A DNA stretch of 64,000 nucleotides from Terriglobia bacterium (GCA_965218055.1 CBDCKA010000002.1:1056695-1120694); one strand, 5' to 3'. Positions 19,180-29,626 are shown, counted from the stretch's first letter. The notes: a model not told the origin generated them from the letters alone. Program-made: numbers and translations.

Positions 19180-19521
19180 GTGATTCCGTTGTTGCTGTTT
19201 CTCCTGCTGGGACAGGCAGGCCCGGAGCCCGTGAAGCATGAGCCGAAGCGGGTGTACATGCGCGCGGAACGCTTCAGCTTCACTCCTTCGCAAATCAAGT
19301 TGCAGGAGGGGCAGCCGCTGGAGCTGACGATCGTCAGCGAAGATACCCAACACGGCTTCTGGATTCGCAAGCTGGGGATCAATTACTTGATCCCGGCGCG
19401 TGGCAAGGGAGAGTTGAAACTGAAGATCGAGTCGCTCGAACGCGGCCAGTATGTCTTCGAGTGCTCGCGCGCTTGCGGAGCCGAGCACAACATGATGCGG
19501 GGCGTGATCAAGGTCAAGTGA
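19180..19521 (+). CDS. secreted cupredoxin with CuA-type motif
   Basis: GTG after GGAGG; DTQHGF and CSRACGAEHNMM (H...CxxxCxxxHxxM). Confidence 0.8.
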   Translation: MIPLLLFLLLGQAGPEPVKHEPKRVYMRAERFSFTPSQIKLQEGQPLELTIVSEDTQHGFWIRKLGINYLIPARGKGELKLKIESLERGQYVFECSRACGAEHNMMRGVIKVK

Positions 19522-19548
19522 ACAGGGAAGGCAAGGATCGGGAAGCCT

Positions 19549-19583
19549 GGGCTCCGAGCCACGAGCGTCAGCGAGTGGTCCCT
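19549..19583. repeat. REP-like element
   Basis: gagccacgagcgtcagcgagtggtccc imperfect hairpin (translates PLADARGS on the minus strand). Confidence 0.5.
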
Positions 19584-19630
19584 TGCGGCACGACTGCCAT
19601 GACGCTCGGTTGCGGATGCAGGAGGGAATC

Positions 19631-20848
19631 ATGACCAGCAGGATACTGCGCTTGGGGTTGTTGGGTGTCGTGCTGCTTGCGGCGCCGGGCATCTACTGGC
19701 TCGGTGGCTCCCCCGCGGGCGCGCGTGCCGCCGCGGGGGCGGGTGAGCCGCAGTTCGGGGACCCGGTCCGCGGCCTGACCCCGTTTGAATTCGAACTGTT
19801 CCGACTGGGCCTGGAGGATTTCCTGGAGGTGGAGGAGCCGGAAGATGGCCTGGGGCCGGTCTTCAACGGACGCTCCTGCGCCGAGTGCCACAGCATTCCG
19901 GCCGTCGGCGGTTCCGGCACCATCCTGGAACTCCGGGCTGGTCTCCGTAACGAGGACGGCAGTTACACCGAGCTGCCCGGCGGCTCGGTGTTCCAGCTCT
20001 TCTCGATCCCGCCGCACGGCTGCCACAAGCTGATTCCGCCAGAGGCCAACGTGTTTTCACGGAGGAAGTCGCTGCCGCTGTTTGGCAATGGGTTGATCGA
20101 AGCGATTCCTGAAGAGGTGCTGTTACTGGGCGCTGCCGCCAACCAATCCCATCCGGATGGCATCGGCGGGCGTCCGCACATGGTGGTAGACGTGTCGACC
20201 GACACAACCCGCGTGGGCCGCTTCGGCTGGAAAGCGCAGCAGGCCACCCTGATGAGCTTCGGCGCCGAAGCCTACCTGGAAGAGATGGGCATCACCAGTG
20301 ATCTGTTCCCGCAAGAAGTGGAGGCAGGCTTTGACGACCCACGTAAGACGCGCGACTGCGACCCGCGCCCCGATCCTGAGGATGCGCGCGAGCCCCTGAC
20401 CGGGCTGCGCGGCATTGATAACTTTGCCAACTTCCTGCGGATGCTGGGCCCGCCTCCCCGCGGGCCGCAAGACGAGTTGACCGCAGCCGGCGCACAGGTG
20501 TTCGAGCAGATCGGTTGCGCTGCCTGCCACCTCCCGGTCATGCTTACGGGTCCAGCGCGCGAGCCCTGGCTGGATCGCCAGCCCGTGCGGCTCTACTCTG
20601 ACCTGTTGCTGCACGACATCGGCACCGGCGACGGGCTGCCGCAGGGTGACGCTTCCGGCGACGAGTTTCGCACACCTCCCCTTTGGGGGCTGCGGGTGCG
20701 CTCCCCGTTTCTGCACGACGGCCGGGCGCCGAGCGTTGAGCAGGCCATTCGTATGCATTGGAACCAGGCCGAGCAAAGCGGGCGTCGCTTTGAGGCTTTG
20801 ACAGACCAAGAGCGAACCGCTTTGCTACAATTCCTGAAGTCGCTGTAG
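19631..20848 (+). CDS. di-heme oxidoreductase (DHOR family), secreted
   Basis: GLGPVFNGRSCAECH, CAACH, GRFGWKA, FRTPPLWGL, FLHDGRA. Confidence 0.88.
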   Translation: MTSRILRLGLLGVVLLAAPGIYWLGGSPAGARAAAGAGEPQFGDPVRGLTPFEFELFRLGLEDFLEVEEPEDGLGPVFNGRSCAECHSIPAVGGSGTILELRAGLRNEDGSYTELPGGSVFQLFSIPPHGCHKLIPPEANVFSRRKSLPLFGNGLIEAIPEEVLLLGAAANQSHPDGIGGRPHMVVDVSTDTTRVGRFGWKAQQATLMSFGAEAYLEEMGITSDLFPQEVEAGFDDPRKTRDCDPRPDPEDAREPLTGLRGIDNFANFLRMLGPPPRGPQDELTAAGAQVFEQIGCAACHLPVMLTGPAREPWLDRQPVRLYSDLLLHDIGTGDGLPQGDASGDEFRTPPLWGLRVRSPFLHDGRAPSVEQAIRMHWNQAEQSGRRFEALTDQERTALLQFLKSL

Positions 20849-20853
20849 CAGCT

Positions 20854-21600
20854 TTGGGGGGGGGGAGCGCACTCGGGCAGGACCGCGTCCAACCCGAAAA
20901 GGAGACCGATATCGCCGCCAAGCGCAGACCGCCGCGGGTCCCACTGGGAGAGGCCGTTGAAGACTATTTGAAGACGGTCTATCAGCTCACGGTCGGGGAA
21001 ACACCGGTCTCGACCAGCGCCGTGGCGGCGGCGCTGAAGGTGTCGCCGGCCGCCGTCACCAAGATGCTCCGGCGCCTTTCCTCCCTGCGGCTGGTAGATC
21101 ACTCCCGCTACCGGGGTGTCCGCTTGACGCCCGCGGGACGGCGAGTGGCGCTGGAAATCGTGCGGCACCACCGCCTGCTGGAACTCTACCTCAGCCACGC
21201 GCTCGGCTATCCGCTGGAGCGCGTACACGAGGAAGCGGAAATCCTGGAACACGCCATCTCGGAAGATTTCGAGGAACGCATTGACCGCCTGCTGGGCCAT
21301 CCGCAGGTGGATCCGCACGGCGATCCCATCCCCACGCGCTCCGGTTCCGTCCCCAAGACCCTGGGCGGAATGCTCGCGGATGCCGAAGTGGGCGAAAAAC
21401 TGGAGGTCTGCCGCGTGCGCGACAATGACGGGGAGCTGTTGCGCTACCTGGTTTCGCTGGGATTGGTACCGAAGACCCGGCTGGAAGTGATGGAAAAGCT
21501 CCCCTTTGGCGGCCCCGTGAAGGTGCGCGTCGGCGGCACCGGCGTCGAGCAGTTCGTTGGCCACGAGGCTGCCTGCAGCGTCTTCGTCGAGCGCCGCTGA
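20854..21600 (+). CDS. DtxR/MntR family metal-dependent repressor with FeoA-like domain
   Basis: VEDYLKTVY, RHHRLLELYL, EAEILEH, DPHGDPIP; start uncertain. Confidence 0.9.
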   Translation: MGGGSALGQDRVQPEKETDIAAKRRPPRVPLGEAVEDYLKTVYQLTVGETPVSTSAVAAALKVSPAAVTKMLRRLSSLRLVDHSRYRGVRLTPAGRRVALEIVRHHRLLELYLSHALGYPLERVHEEAEILEHAISEDFEERIDRLLGHPQVDPHGDPIPTRSGSVPKTLGGMLADAEVGEKLEVCRVRDNDGELLRYLVSLGLVPKTRLEVMEKLPFGGPVKVRVGGTGVEQFVGHEAACSVFVERR

Positions 21601-21667
21601 AAGAAGCGCTGGGCAGGCCCCACCTCTTGTTCGCCGTTCCTTAGCCTACTCGCACTATAATCCTCTT

Positions 21668-22114
21668 ATGTTCGCGCCGATTCTGCTTGCCATGCTGTTG
21701 CTGCAGGACAAGCCTGCCGAGGAGCCGGCCCAGGACCCGGCAAAGCAGAAACCGGAAGTGGTTTTGGTTGACCCCGGCGAGCAGAAAGCCGATCCGGACC
21801 CCGATCCGGACAATGAGGGGCCTCTCGAGCACGACTTGAATCCCGAGCGGGCCAAGAAAGAGATGAAGGTCGGCAACTTCTACCTGAGGAAGGGCAAGTA
21901 CACCGCTGCAGTGGCGCGCTTCCGAGAGGCCCTGAAATGGCATCCGCGCCTTTCGGCGGCGTACTTCAAGCTGGGCGAAGCCTATGAGAAGCGGGGCGAG
22001 TTGAGAAATGCCCTGGAAAGTTATCAGAAGTATCTGAAACTGGACCCCAAGGGGAAGAAGGCCAAGAAGGTTCGCAAAGCGATCGCCCGCCTGGAGCGCG
22101 AACTGAAGCAGTAG
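21668..22114 (+). CDS. TPR protein
   Basis: signal-like N-terminus; TPR helices. Confidence 0.75.
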   Translation: MFAPILLAMLLLQDKPAEEPAQDPAKQKPEVVLVDPGEQKADPDPDPDNEGPLEHDLNPERAKKEMKVGNFYLRKGKYTAAVARFREALKWHPRLSAAYFKLGEAYEKRGELRNALESYQKYLKLDPKGKKAKKVRKAIARLERELKQ

Positions 22115-22122
22115 CGTCCTGC

Positions 22123-22419
22123 TCAGAACTGCGATGGGGGTTTGGCCAGCTTGCAGTGCAAGGCAGCCGCCAATCGTGTCTTGACGTCTTCGGGCATCGG
22201 GTAGGGCTGGCTGTCCCGGAAAATCCCGATCGTCTTTCGAGTGGTATCCACGATCACACAACACTGCGGACAGGCTTTCAGGTGGAACTCCAGCTCTTGC
22301 CGCAACGCGCAGTCCAACTCACCATCGAGGTAGTTGGATAGCTCAACAAGCAAGTTCTGACAGCTAATCAAGGCCTGTTCCTCTGACCCCCGGCCTCTGA
22401 GAGCCTCATTCGTGCGCAA
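22123..22419 (-). CDS. zf-HC2 anti-sigma-like small protein
   Basis: C...LSNYLDGEL...HLKACPQC; true start probably near 22370. Confidence 0.75.
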   Translation of the reverse strand: MRTNEALRGRGSEEQALISCQNLLVELSNYLDGELDCALRQELEFHLKACPQCCVIVDTTRKTIGIFRDSQPYPMPEDVKTRLAAALHCKLAKPPSQF

Positions 22420-22633
22420 CTTCCCTGGAGGTCTTGGTTGCCCCGGAGGCCGCGGATGCGCGTGTCGGTTCTATTTGTTAGATACAAAGGGGGCGGCAGA
22501 GTTGCAAAACCTTCGCGCCGGCCCGCCTCTCCATTCTGCTCCACCGGCAGGGTCTCAGTTTCAATTTGAGTCACTATCTGCTCCATCTGGTCTCTTCCCA
22601 CTTCGCCTGCGCCTGTGCCAAACTGCCTTCCGC

Positions 22634-23590
<957 letters not shown>

Positions 23591-23627
23591 CCGAGCCGAC
23601 CTCGGCATGCTGCCGTGTCGGGGGTTA

Positions 23628-24290
23628 CTAGGAGTTGGCGGATTCCAACAGAAGCGCGTCCAGCAGGTCACGAGTCCGCGGGGCTGGCGCCGCGTCGCGT
23701 GCGAAGCGCATCAGGTCTTCCCATTCGTCAAGATCGTACGAGGGGGCCAGCGAGGTGACCGAGAGACCGGCGGCTGCAGCGGCTGCGCGCGTCTGCTGGA
23801 ACACGCGCGCGGTTCCCCATTCCACGCCCGCAAACGCGGCAGGGGAGAACCGTCCCGCTCGGCAGCCCACAAGGTAGTACCCGCCATCGTCGGTCGGACC
23901 GAGCACCAGCTCAGCGGTGTCCAGTGCCTCGACGGCTTCCAGGATGCGCGCCGGCGGCAGGTGCGGGCTGTCGCTGCCCAACACGATGGCGTTCTCCGCG
24001 CCCCCGGCGAAGGCGTTTTCGATGGCCGCGACCAGCCGAGCCCCCAGATCGCCCTCCGCCTGGCGTCCGGCTTCGATGCCCTCGGGAAGGGCCATTGGTG
24101 GCGGCGCTTCGCTGAACAGGACGCGTCGCGCGGCCGGCAGCGGCAGGGCGGCGACCAGATCGGCGGTATCGGCGATCATGGCCTTATGCAGTTCAGCAGC
24201 TTGCTGGGCGGTCAGCCGCCCGATGAGCCGCGTCTTCACGCGCCCGGCCACGGGCGTCCGCGCGAACACGATCAGGTGCAATGCATTCAC
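23628..24290 (-). CDS. DUF2064/TIGR04282-type glycosyltransferase-like protein
   Basis: GRVKTRL, GSDSP, LGPTDDGGYYLVG, DLDEWEDL. Confidence 0.85.
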   Translation of the reverse strand: MNALHLIVFARTPVAGRVKTRLIGRLTAQQAAELHKAMIADTADLVAALPLPAARRVLFSEAPPPMALPEGIEAGRQAEGDLGARLVAAIENAFAGGAENAIVLGSDSPHLPPARILEAVEALDTAELVLGPTDDGGYYLVGCRAGRFSPAAFAGVEWGTARVFQQTRAAAAAAGLSVTSLAPSYDLDEWEDLMRFARDAAPAPRTRDLLDALLLESANS

Positions 24291-24370
24291 GCTGCCAGTT
24301 TAGCAAACGTGGCAGCCCTGCCATGGGAGGGACTATTCTTGCGAGGGGGCTAAAAAGGGCAATAATATAC

Positions 24371-24399
24371 TTGACATACCAAGAGAATTCTAGTACTAT
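24371..24399 (+). promoter_or_regulatory. transposase promoter
   Basis: TTGACA-17 nt-TACTAT. Confidence 0.7.
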
Positions 24400-24408
24400 T
24401 GTCTCATT

Positions 24409-25362
24409 ATGAAGTATCCAAAGACGTTAGTTGATGCCATCCGATACTTTCAGGACTTCGAGCGGTGCCGCGAGTTCATGATAGAACTTCGCTGGCCGGA
24501 CGGCAAGGTGAATTGCCCGCGGTGCGGTGAGGACCGCGTGAGGTGGCTGGAAAAGGCTCGGGTTTGGAAGTGCTACGCAAAGCACAAGCAGCCCACCTTC
24601 TCACTCAAGACGGGGACGATCTTCGAAGATTCCCCAATCGGTCTGGACAAGTGGATCGTGGCCGTATGGCTGGTTGTCAACTGCAAGAACGGCGTCTCAT
24701 CCTACGAGATAGGCCGCCATCTTGGAGTTACGCAGAAGTCGGCCTGGTTCATGAATCACAGGATTCGGAAGGCGATGCAGGAAGGCTCGTTCTCAAAGCT
24801 CGGCGGAGAGGTTGAGGTCGATGAGACGTTCATCGGCGGGAAGGCCCGCAACATGCACGTCTCGAAGCGGAGGCGTCGTATCACAGGGACAGGGGGGAAG
24901 GACAAGACGGCCGTTCTCGGCATGTTGGAACGCAACGGCAGGGTACGAACCACCGCGCTAGAGGATCGGCGCAAGCGAACAATCCAGCCGGAAGTTCGCG
25001 AGTATGTTGAGGCTGGCGCGGCTCTCTTTTCCGATGAACTTTTGTTGTATGACGGGCTAGAAGCCGACTACGCCCACGAGGTCATCGACCATGCCGTGGA
25101 GTACGTGAGGGGGAATGTCCACACAAATTCTTTGGAAAATTACTGGTCCCTTCTCAAGCGCGGCCTGAAAGGGACATACGTTTCTGTCGAGCCGTTTCAC
25201 CTATTCCGTTACCTTTCCGAGCAGGCTTTCCGGTTCAACAACCGCAAGGCTCAGGGTGGAGACTTCGAGCGATTCGTGCTTGCAATGGCGCAATCTGTCG
25301 GGAGGCGTTTGACCTTTGATGAGCTTGTGGGGAGAACGCCTAGTCCAGCGGCAGTTTACTAA
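24409..25362 (+). CDS. IS1595 family transposase
   Basis: N-terminal Zn ribbon CPRC, VEVDETFIGG, HTNSLENYWSLLKR, FRFNNR. Confidence 0.92.
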   Translation: MKYPKTLVDAIRYFQDFERCREFMIELRWPDGKVNCPRCGEDRVRWLEKARVWKCYAKHKQPTFSLKTGTIFEDSPIGLDKWIVAVWLVVNCKNGVSSYEIGRHLGVTQKSAWFMNHRIRKAMQEGSFSKLGGEVEVDETFIGGKARNMHVSKRRRRITGTGGKDKTAVLGMLERNGRVRTTALEDRRKRTIQPEVREYVEAGAALFSDELLLYDGLEADYAHEVIDHAVEYVRGNVHTNSLENYWSLLKRGLKGTYVSVEPFHLFRYLSEQAFRFNNRKAQGGDFERFVLAMAQSVGRRLTFDELVGRTPSPAAVY

Positions 25363-25544
25363 GAAGGAGGCCGAGAGGCAGGGTCGCGGGAAACGCCGCG
25401 ACCCTTAACGATATTTTTCATTGCAGATTGAAACCGACTGAACGCCTCTTCACCTTCGATCAGATCAGGGGTCTTTCCTTCCCGTTGAAGAGCCGGGCGG
25501 CTGGCATCCGCCTTAGCTTTCCTTCTCTGTGGTTGTGCGTCCAA
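25359..25544 (-). CDS. small hypothetical protein convergent with the transposase
   Basis: 61-aa ORF whose stop overlaps the transposase stop. Confidence 0.45.
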   Translation of the reverse strand: MDAQPQRRKAKADASRPALQREGKTPDLIEGEEAFSRFQSAMKNIVKGRGVSRDPASRPPS

Positions 25545-25600
25545 GCAACCTCCAGCAAGCGAACTGTAACCCGCTTACAAGGAGGCTGTCAACCATGGAT

Positions 25601-26378
25601 TCACACACGGCTGGAAACGCACTCAATCACCGTGCGAACCTCACGCACCATTTCTGGGAGCATATAGGGAACTTCAAGTGGTTTTTCTGTCGAGAGGGAT
25701 GTGAGCATGGAGATCACGCAATATGCCGTGAATTTAGGGTCGGCATCCTTAGACGGACCCGAGAAAATGAGCTCGCCGACCTTTGCGCCGTCTACCACTT
25801 CGGACACCCCGTTGAGCATATCGGGAACAGGGAGTCTAGGGTCCTGATTCCAAGCCCAGCCATCACGCATTTTAAAGACCAAAGCAATGCGGAGCAAATG
25901 GTGTTTGTCAGAGTCATCGAAACTTTTGAGCAGTCGAAGAAGCGGCGGGAGTGTTTTGTGAGGTCGATTGTACGGCTGGAACCTCTCGATTTCTTTAATC
26001 ACGGACTGTCCTATCCTGAGAAGTGGGGAGGAAGACACGGCTCTTTGAAAGGAGGCGGGATCATATCCGATCGGAAAGGACCAAGCTCTCTTCCGTGGGG
26101 GTGGATTCGTGTTTGTTCGGAAGATGGCGATGGCGTAAATGAGGTGGTCCAGAGCACATCGGAGGTTGTGGATGGCATCGCCGATAATCAGAGACCACCT
26201 CTCAAGACTGGGCGCATGATCGACGATGGCGATAGCCCAGTACCTGGAAAAATCGACGTTGTGTTCAACGGAGACTCGATACGGCTTGCTGTTGATCCAG
26301 GGAACCAGTTCCTTCTCGAAGGTGTTTATATGCTCCTCGGCACGATGGAACTTTGCCCATACGCTAGAAAAGTCGGCG
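25601..26378 (-). pseudogene. frameshifted, 5'-truncated passenger gene (HEPN-like helical family, tentative)
   Basis: minus-strand frames read AKFHRAEEHI...IGDAIHNLRCALDHLIY, then QPYNRP...LLKSFDDSDKH. Confidence 0.55.
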
Positions 26379-26420
26379 TGTCAAGGACTGATTTCTTTAG
26401 ACACTGATTCTGAGAGTTTT

Positions 26421-27220
26421 TTACGCGACTAACGCATACCGTTTGGCGAATACCACAGGCGGCATGTTGAGCGCGGAGTGAATCCGCGTGTTGTTGTAGT
26501 CCCACAGGGTGCGGTAGATCTCCGCCACTAGCTCCCCCAGTGTTTTGAAGCGGTTCGGATCTCCCAGGTCAACCTTGAATTTGTCGTAGAACGATTCCTG
26601 GTATCCGTTCTCCCAAGGGCACCCCGGGCGGCTCCGTGAAATCACGATGCCGCATCCATCAAGGATTTCAGTGAACGCCATCGCGTCATACTCCCTCCCG
26701 TTGTCGGAGTGGAATAGACCCGGGCGCGGATGATGGAGCAGGGCGTTGGAAAGCGCCTGAATGGTGAGCGCGGCTCCCTTTCTCACCGCAACCTGGATTC
26801 CCAGGATCCGGCGGGTGTAGAGATCGATCACGGTCGCCACATAGGCCTTCTTTCCGTGCTGCACGAACTCGGTGAAGTCCGTTGCCCAGATGTGGTTTGC
26901 ATATGCGGGCATGACCGCGAGCAGGAGGTTGGGATAGGTCCGGGAAACCTTGGATTTTCTCCATTTTCTGCCTCTCCTGCGGTAGGGCTTGATGCCAAAC
27001 AGACGCATGACCCTCTGCGCCCGCTGGCGGCAGAGTCCCAGTGCCGTAGCAATTCGCCGGGAGCCGTAGGAGGGATGGATCTGCAGCTCTTCTTCCAGGC
27101 GGACCTTGAGGCGCCAGTCCTTCTCCTTCATTCTTGGGACGTAATACAGGCTCGCGCGGGATATGCCAAGGGCTCGGGCAAGCGCTGATTTGTTTCTTCC
27201 TTCGCTCAATTGTTTTTTTG
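26421..27220 (-). CDS. IS3 OrfB DDE transposase (-1 frameshift fusion)
   Basis: WATDFT, HSDNG, ENGYQESF; A7C slippery site near 27212-27219. Confidence 0.88.
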
Positions 27221-27466
27221 AGTCATGGAGAGCTTGAGCGTGATCTCGCCCACGAGTTCCAGGAGTTCTCTGTTCTGCTTCTGAAGTCGGGAGAACTCCG
27301 CCCAGGACGGGGCACCGGTTGCTCCTTTTACCATCCAACCATAGATGCTCCCTTCAGAAATACCGTGATCCTTGGCGGCCTGGGCCACCGAGATGCCTTC
27401 TTCCTTGACGCGGCGTAGGATATCGGCTTTTACGTCAGCTGCAATACGATGATGTTTTTTGTTCAT
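27206..27466 (-). CDS. IS3 OrfA HTH protein
   Basis: HTH (SVAQAAKDHGISEGSIYGW) plus leucine zipper. Confidence 0.85.
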   Translation of the reverse strand: MNKKHHRIAADVKADILRRVKEEGISVAQAAKDHGISEGSIYGWMVKGATGAPSWAEFSRLQKQNRELLELVGEITLKLSMTQKNN

Positions 27467-27728
27467 ATGACACCAGGGTAGTTAATTCCCAACCTCAGTG
27501 TCTAAATTACCCAGTCCAGGGCAATCCGCCTACAGACAAGGGTCTAGAGGAGGGTTATGGCACAGGGCACGTCACAAACCCACCTTCGCCGTGAGTGATG
27601 GTACCAGCCCCTGCCGCCGCTTTGTAATTCGGAATACTTATTTTCAACAGAAAGGCTGGACAGAACCACGGGGCGGGCCCCCTTGACTCGTGAAGTGGGT
27701 AGGAGGATGATATGCGGTGCCCTGGCCA

Positions 27729-27828
27729 GTGCACGAGCTGCTGAGGCACAAGAACGTTGAGACCACGAGAGGCTACACACACGCCTGACCGTGGCAGGCG
27801 AGGGGTTCCCAGCCCTGTGGAGCAGATC
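27729..27828 (+). pseudogene. integron integrase-like C-terminal remnant
   Basis: VHELLRHKNVETTRGYTH, then shifted RGRRGVPSPVE, resembling the IntI tail VQELLGH..TT.IYTHV..RG..GV.SPLD. Confidence 0.6.
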
Positions 27829-27982
27829 GGGCAGGCTCCTTCCATCGAAAGCCGGAGGAGAGCCGGGGAATCATGCGGACCGGCGGTCCGTATAAGATTC
27901 CGGACGCATGTCGCCGAATGGAACTGAAGTCTCTGAATCTTGTGAGCAGGTACAGCCATAGGTACGGAAGGAATCGAACAAC

Positions 27983-28702
27983 ATGAATCAGTACAAGAGC
28001 ATCGCCCGGTACTACGATCTGGTGATGGATGCCGGCTACTACGATCACAAGTCGTTGGCCAGAGTCATTCAAGCCACGATCGGCGAACGTAGAAGGGTGC
28101 TTGAACTTGGCGTGGGGACGGGCCTGTTGGCACGAGAACTTTGTAAACTCGATTCGTCCTACCATTTTACCGGCGTAGATTTCAGTCCCTCGATGCTGGA
28201 GATTGCTCGGGAGCGTCTGCCCAGTCGAGTTTCACTCATAGAATGCGATGTTGCCGAAATGAACCTTGACCGCAAGTTTGATGTTGCCTTATCGAGCGGC
28301 GGTACGTGGGTCATAATCCGGTCGGACAAAGAGTTGCTGCTGGGAACACATTTGCTCAACCGCGAAAAGGACTTCAAAGGATTGCAAAACGTTGCCGACC
28401 ATCTTGATGCCGGTGGGCTCTTGTTGTTAAGCGTCCAGAAACCCCATGAAGACCGTGACATCGACTTGGTCAATGGGATTGTCTATTCCCAAAGAATTGA
28501 CGGTCGCAACGGCACCTCCGACCACTTTTTCATCGAGAAGGGATATTCCTTTAAGAGGAATGGACAACTCCTTGCAGAAGAGAAGTTGACCTTGGGATTC
28601 TACAAACACACAGTGTTTCCAGGGATGCTTGCTGATGCTGGCTTCTCACCTTTGGGAATGACTGATACCGAAAAATTCTTCGTGTGGCAAAAGGTGAAGT
28701 AG
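27983..28702 (+). CDS. class I SAM-dependent methyltransferase
   Basis: VLELGVGTG, GVDFSPSML. Confidence 0.88.
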   Translation: MNQYKSIARYYDLVMDAGYYDHKSLARVIQATIGERRRVLELGVGTGLLARELCKLDSSYHFTGVDFSPSMLEIARERLPSRVSLIECDVAEMNLDRKFDVALSSGGTWVIIRSDKELLLGTHLLNREKDFKGLQNVADHLDAGGLLLLSVQKPHEDRDIDLVNGIVYSQRIDGRNGTSDHFFIEKGYSFKRNGQLLAEEKLTLGFYKHTVFPGMLADAGFSPLGMTDTEKFFVWQKVK

Positions 28703-28968
28703 CTCCAGTGCACAACAAGTCAAGCAGGAAAAAGGAGCCGGGCTTGACTGCCCCGAAACGTCGGGACGAATCCCGGCCGACAAGCCGCCCCCCTTCCGCG
28801 TGCCGCACTCGCAGAAGGCCGTGCGTCCCAACGAAAGCTCCCTCTCCGGAGGCGCGAATTTCCCCTGTCGTGTCTTAAAAAACAGACCAAACAGGGGTCC
28901 GTGTGGACATCCGTGTGGACACGAAGACGAACAATGTTTGCTCGGTTGGACTAACTTATTGAGAGCAA

Positions 28969-28987
28969 TGGCGCGCCCGGAGAGACT
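28969..28987 (-). repeat. att duplication of the tRNA-Arg 3' end
   Basis: tggcgcgcccggagagact is identical to 39435-39453. Confidence 0.85.
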
Positions 28988-29339
28988 AATGACTTAGCCA
29001 GAGGCCCCATGCACTCGGTAGCACTCCATCTATACAGGTGGTGGGCACAAAATTGGGCACAGTGTCCCACCGGCGGGAACCCACTGCGATGCCCCGCAAT
29101 CGCGCAGAATCGCCCGGCAGGGCATGCGAGGCTTCCGGCTCGGCCCGGCCCCGGTCACGCGCGTGATGGTACCAACCCGCACTACTGGGCCAGAAATCGG
29201 AATGCCACATAATGACTTTATGTGACGGGCCGCCACACCCCCTGACAATGGTTGGAGTGCACTGGTGAGTGACAATGGGCACGGAGGCAAGCGTAGGAGG
29301 TGGAGCGGGAGTCCCACGGACAGGCCGCTTACCATCATC

Positions 29340-29626
29340 CCCCGGACCCCTGGCACGTTTCCAGCAGCTACATTGAGCGCCAGAATCTTTCGGCTCGAAT
29401 GATGATGCGCCGCTACACGCGCCTAACTAATGCATTCAGCAAAAAGATCGAGAACCATTCGGCAGCTGTGGCCCTGAACTATTTCGCGTATAATTTCATT
29501 CGGATTCACCGGACGCTGCGGACCAGTCCGGCTATGGCGGCGGGCGTAACAAACCGGCTGTGGGAAGTCTCAGACCTCGTTGCTCTGTGGGAAGCCGAAG
29601 AGCGGAGGTTGGAAAGAGCGGCATGA
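29340..29626 (+). pseudogene. IS1-family transposase C-terminal fragment
   Basis: SSSYIERQNL...RRYTRLTNAFSKK...YNF.R.H.TL..SPAMAAG. Confidence 0.8.

Larger units (their letters stand above)
24357..26378 (+). mobile_element. IS1595-family element with passenger genes; right end apparently lost
   Basis: candidate left end GGGCAATAATATACTTGAC; transposase; no matching right IR found. Confidence 0.6.
26379..27523 (-). mobile_element. IS3-family insertion sequence (~1145 bp)
   Basis: imperfect TG...CA IRs sharing GGACTG and TTTAGACACTGA; orfA/orfB. Confidence 0.85.

Noticed and set aside
25529-26407. 292-aa + strand ORF
   Set aside because: Reads as the antisense of the minus-strand passenger gene and runs into the IS3 IR
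27595-29178. 16-bp near-repeat GTGATGGTACCA(G/A)CCC at 27595 and 29163
   Set aside because: Too short and without supporting context
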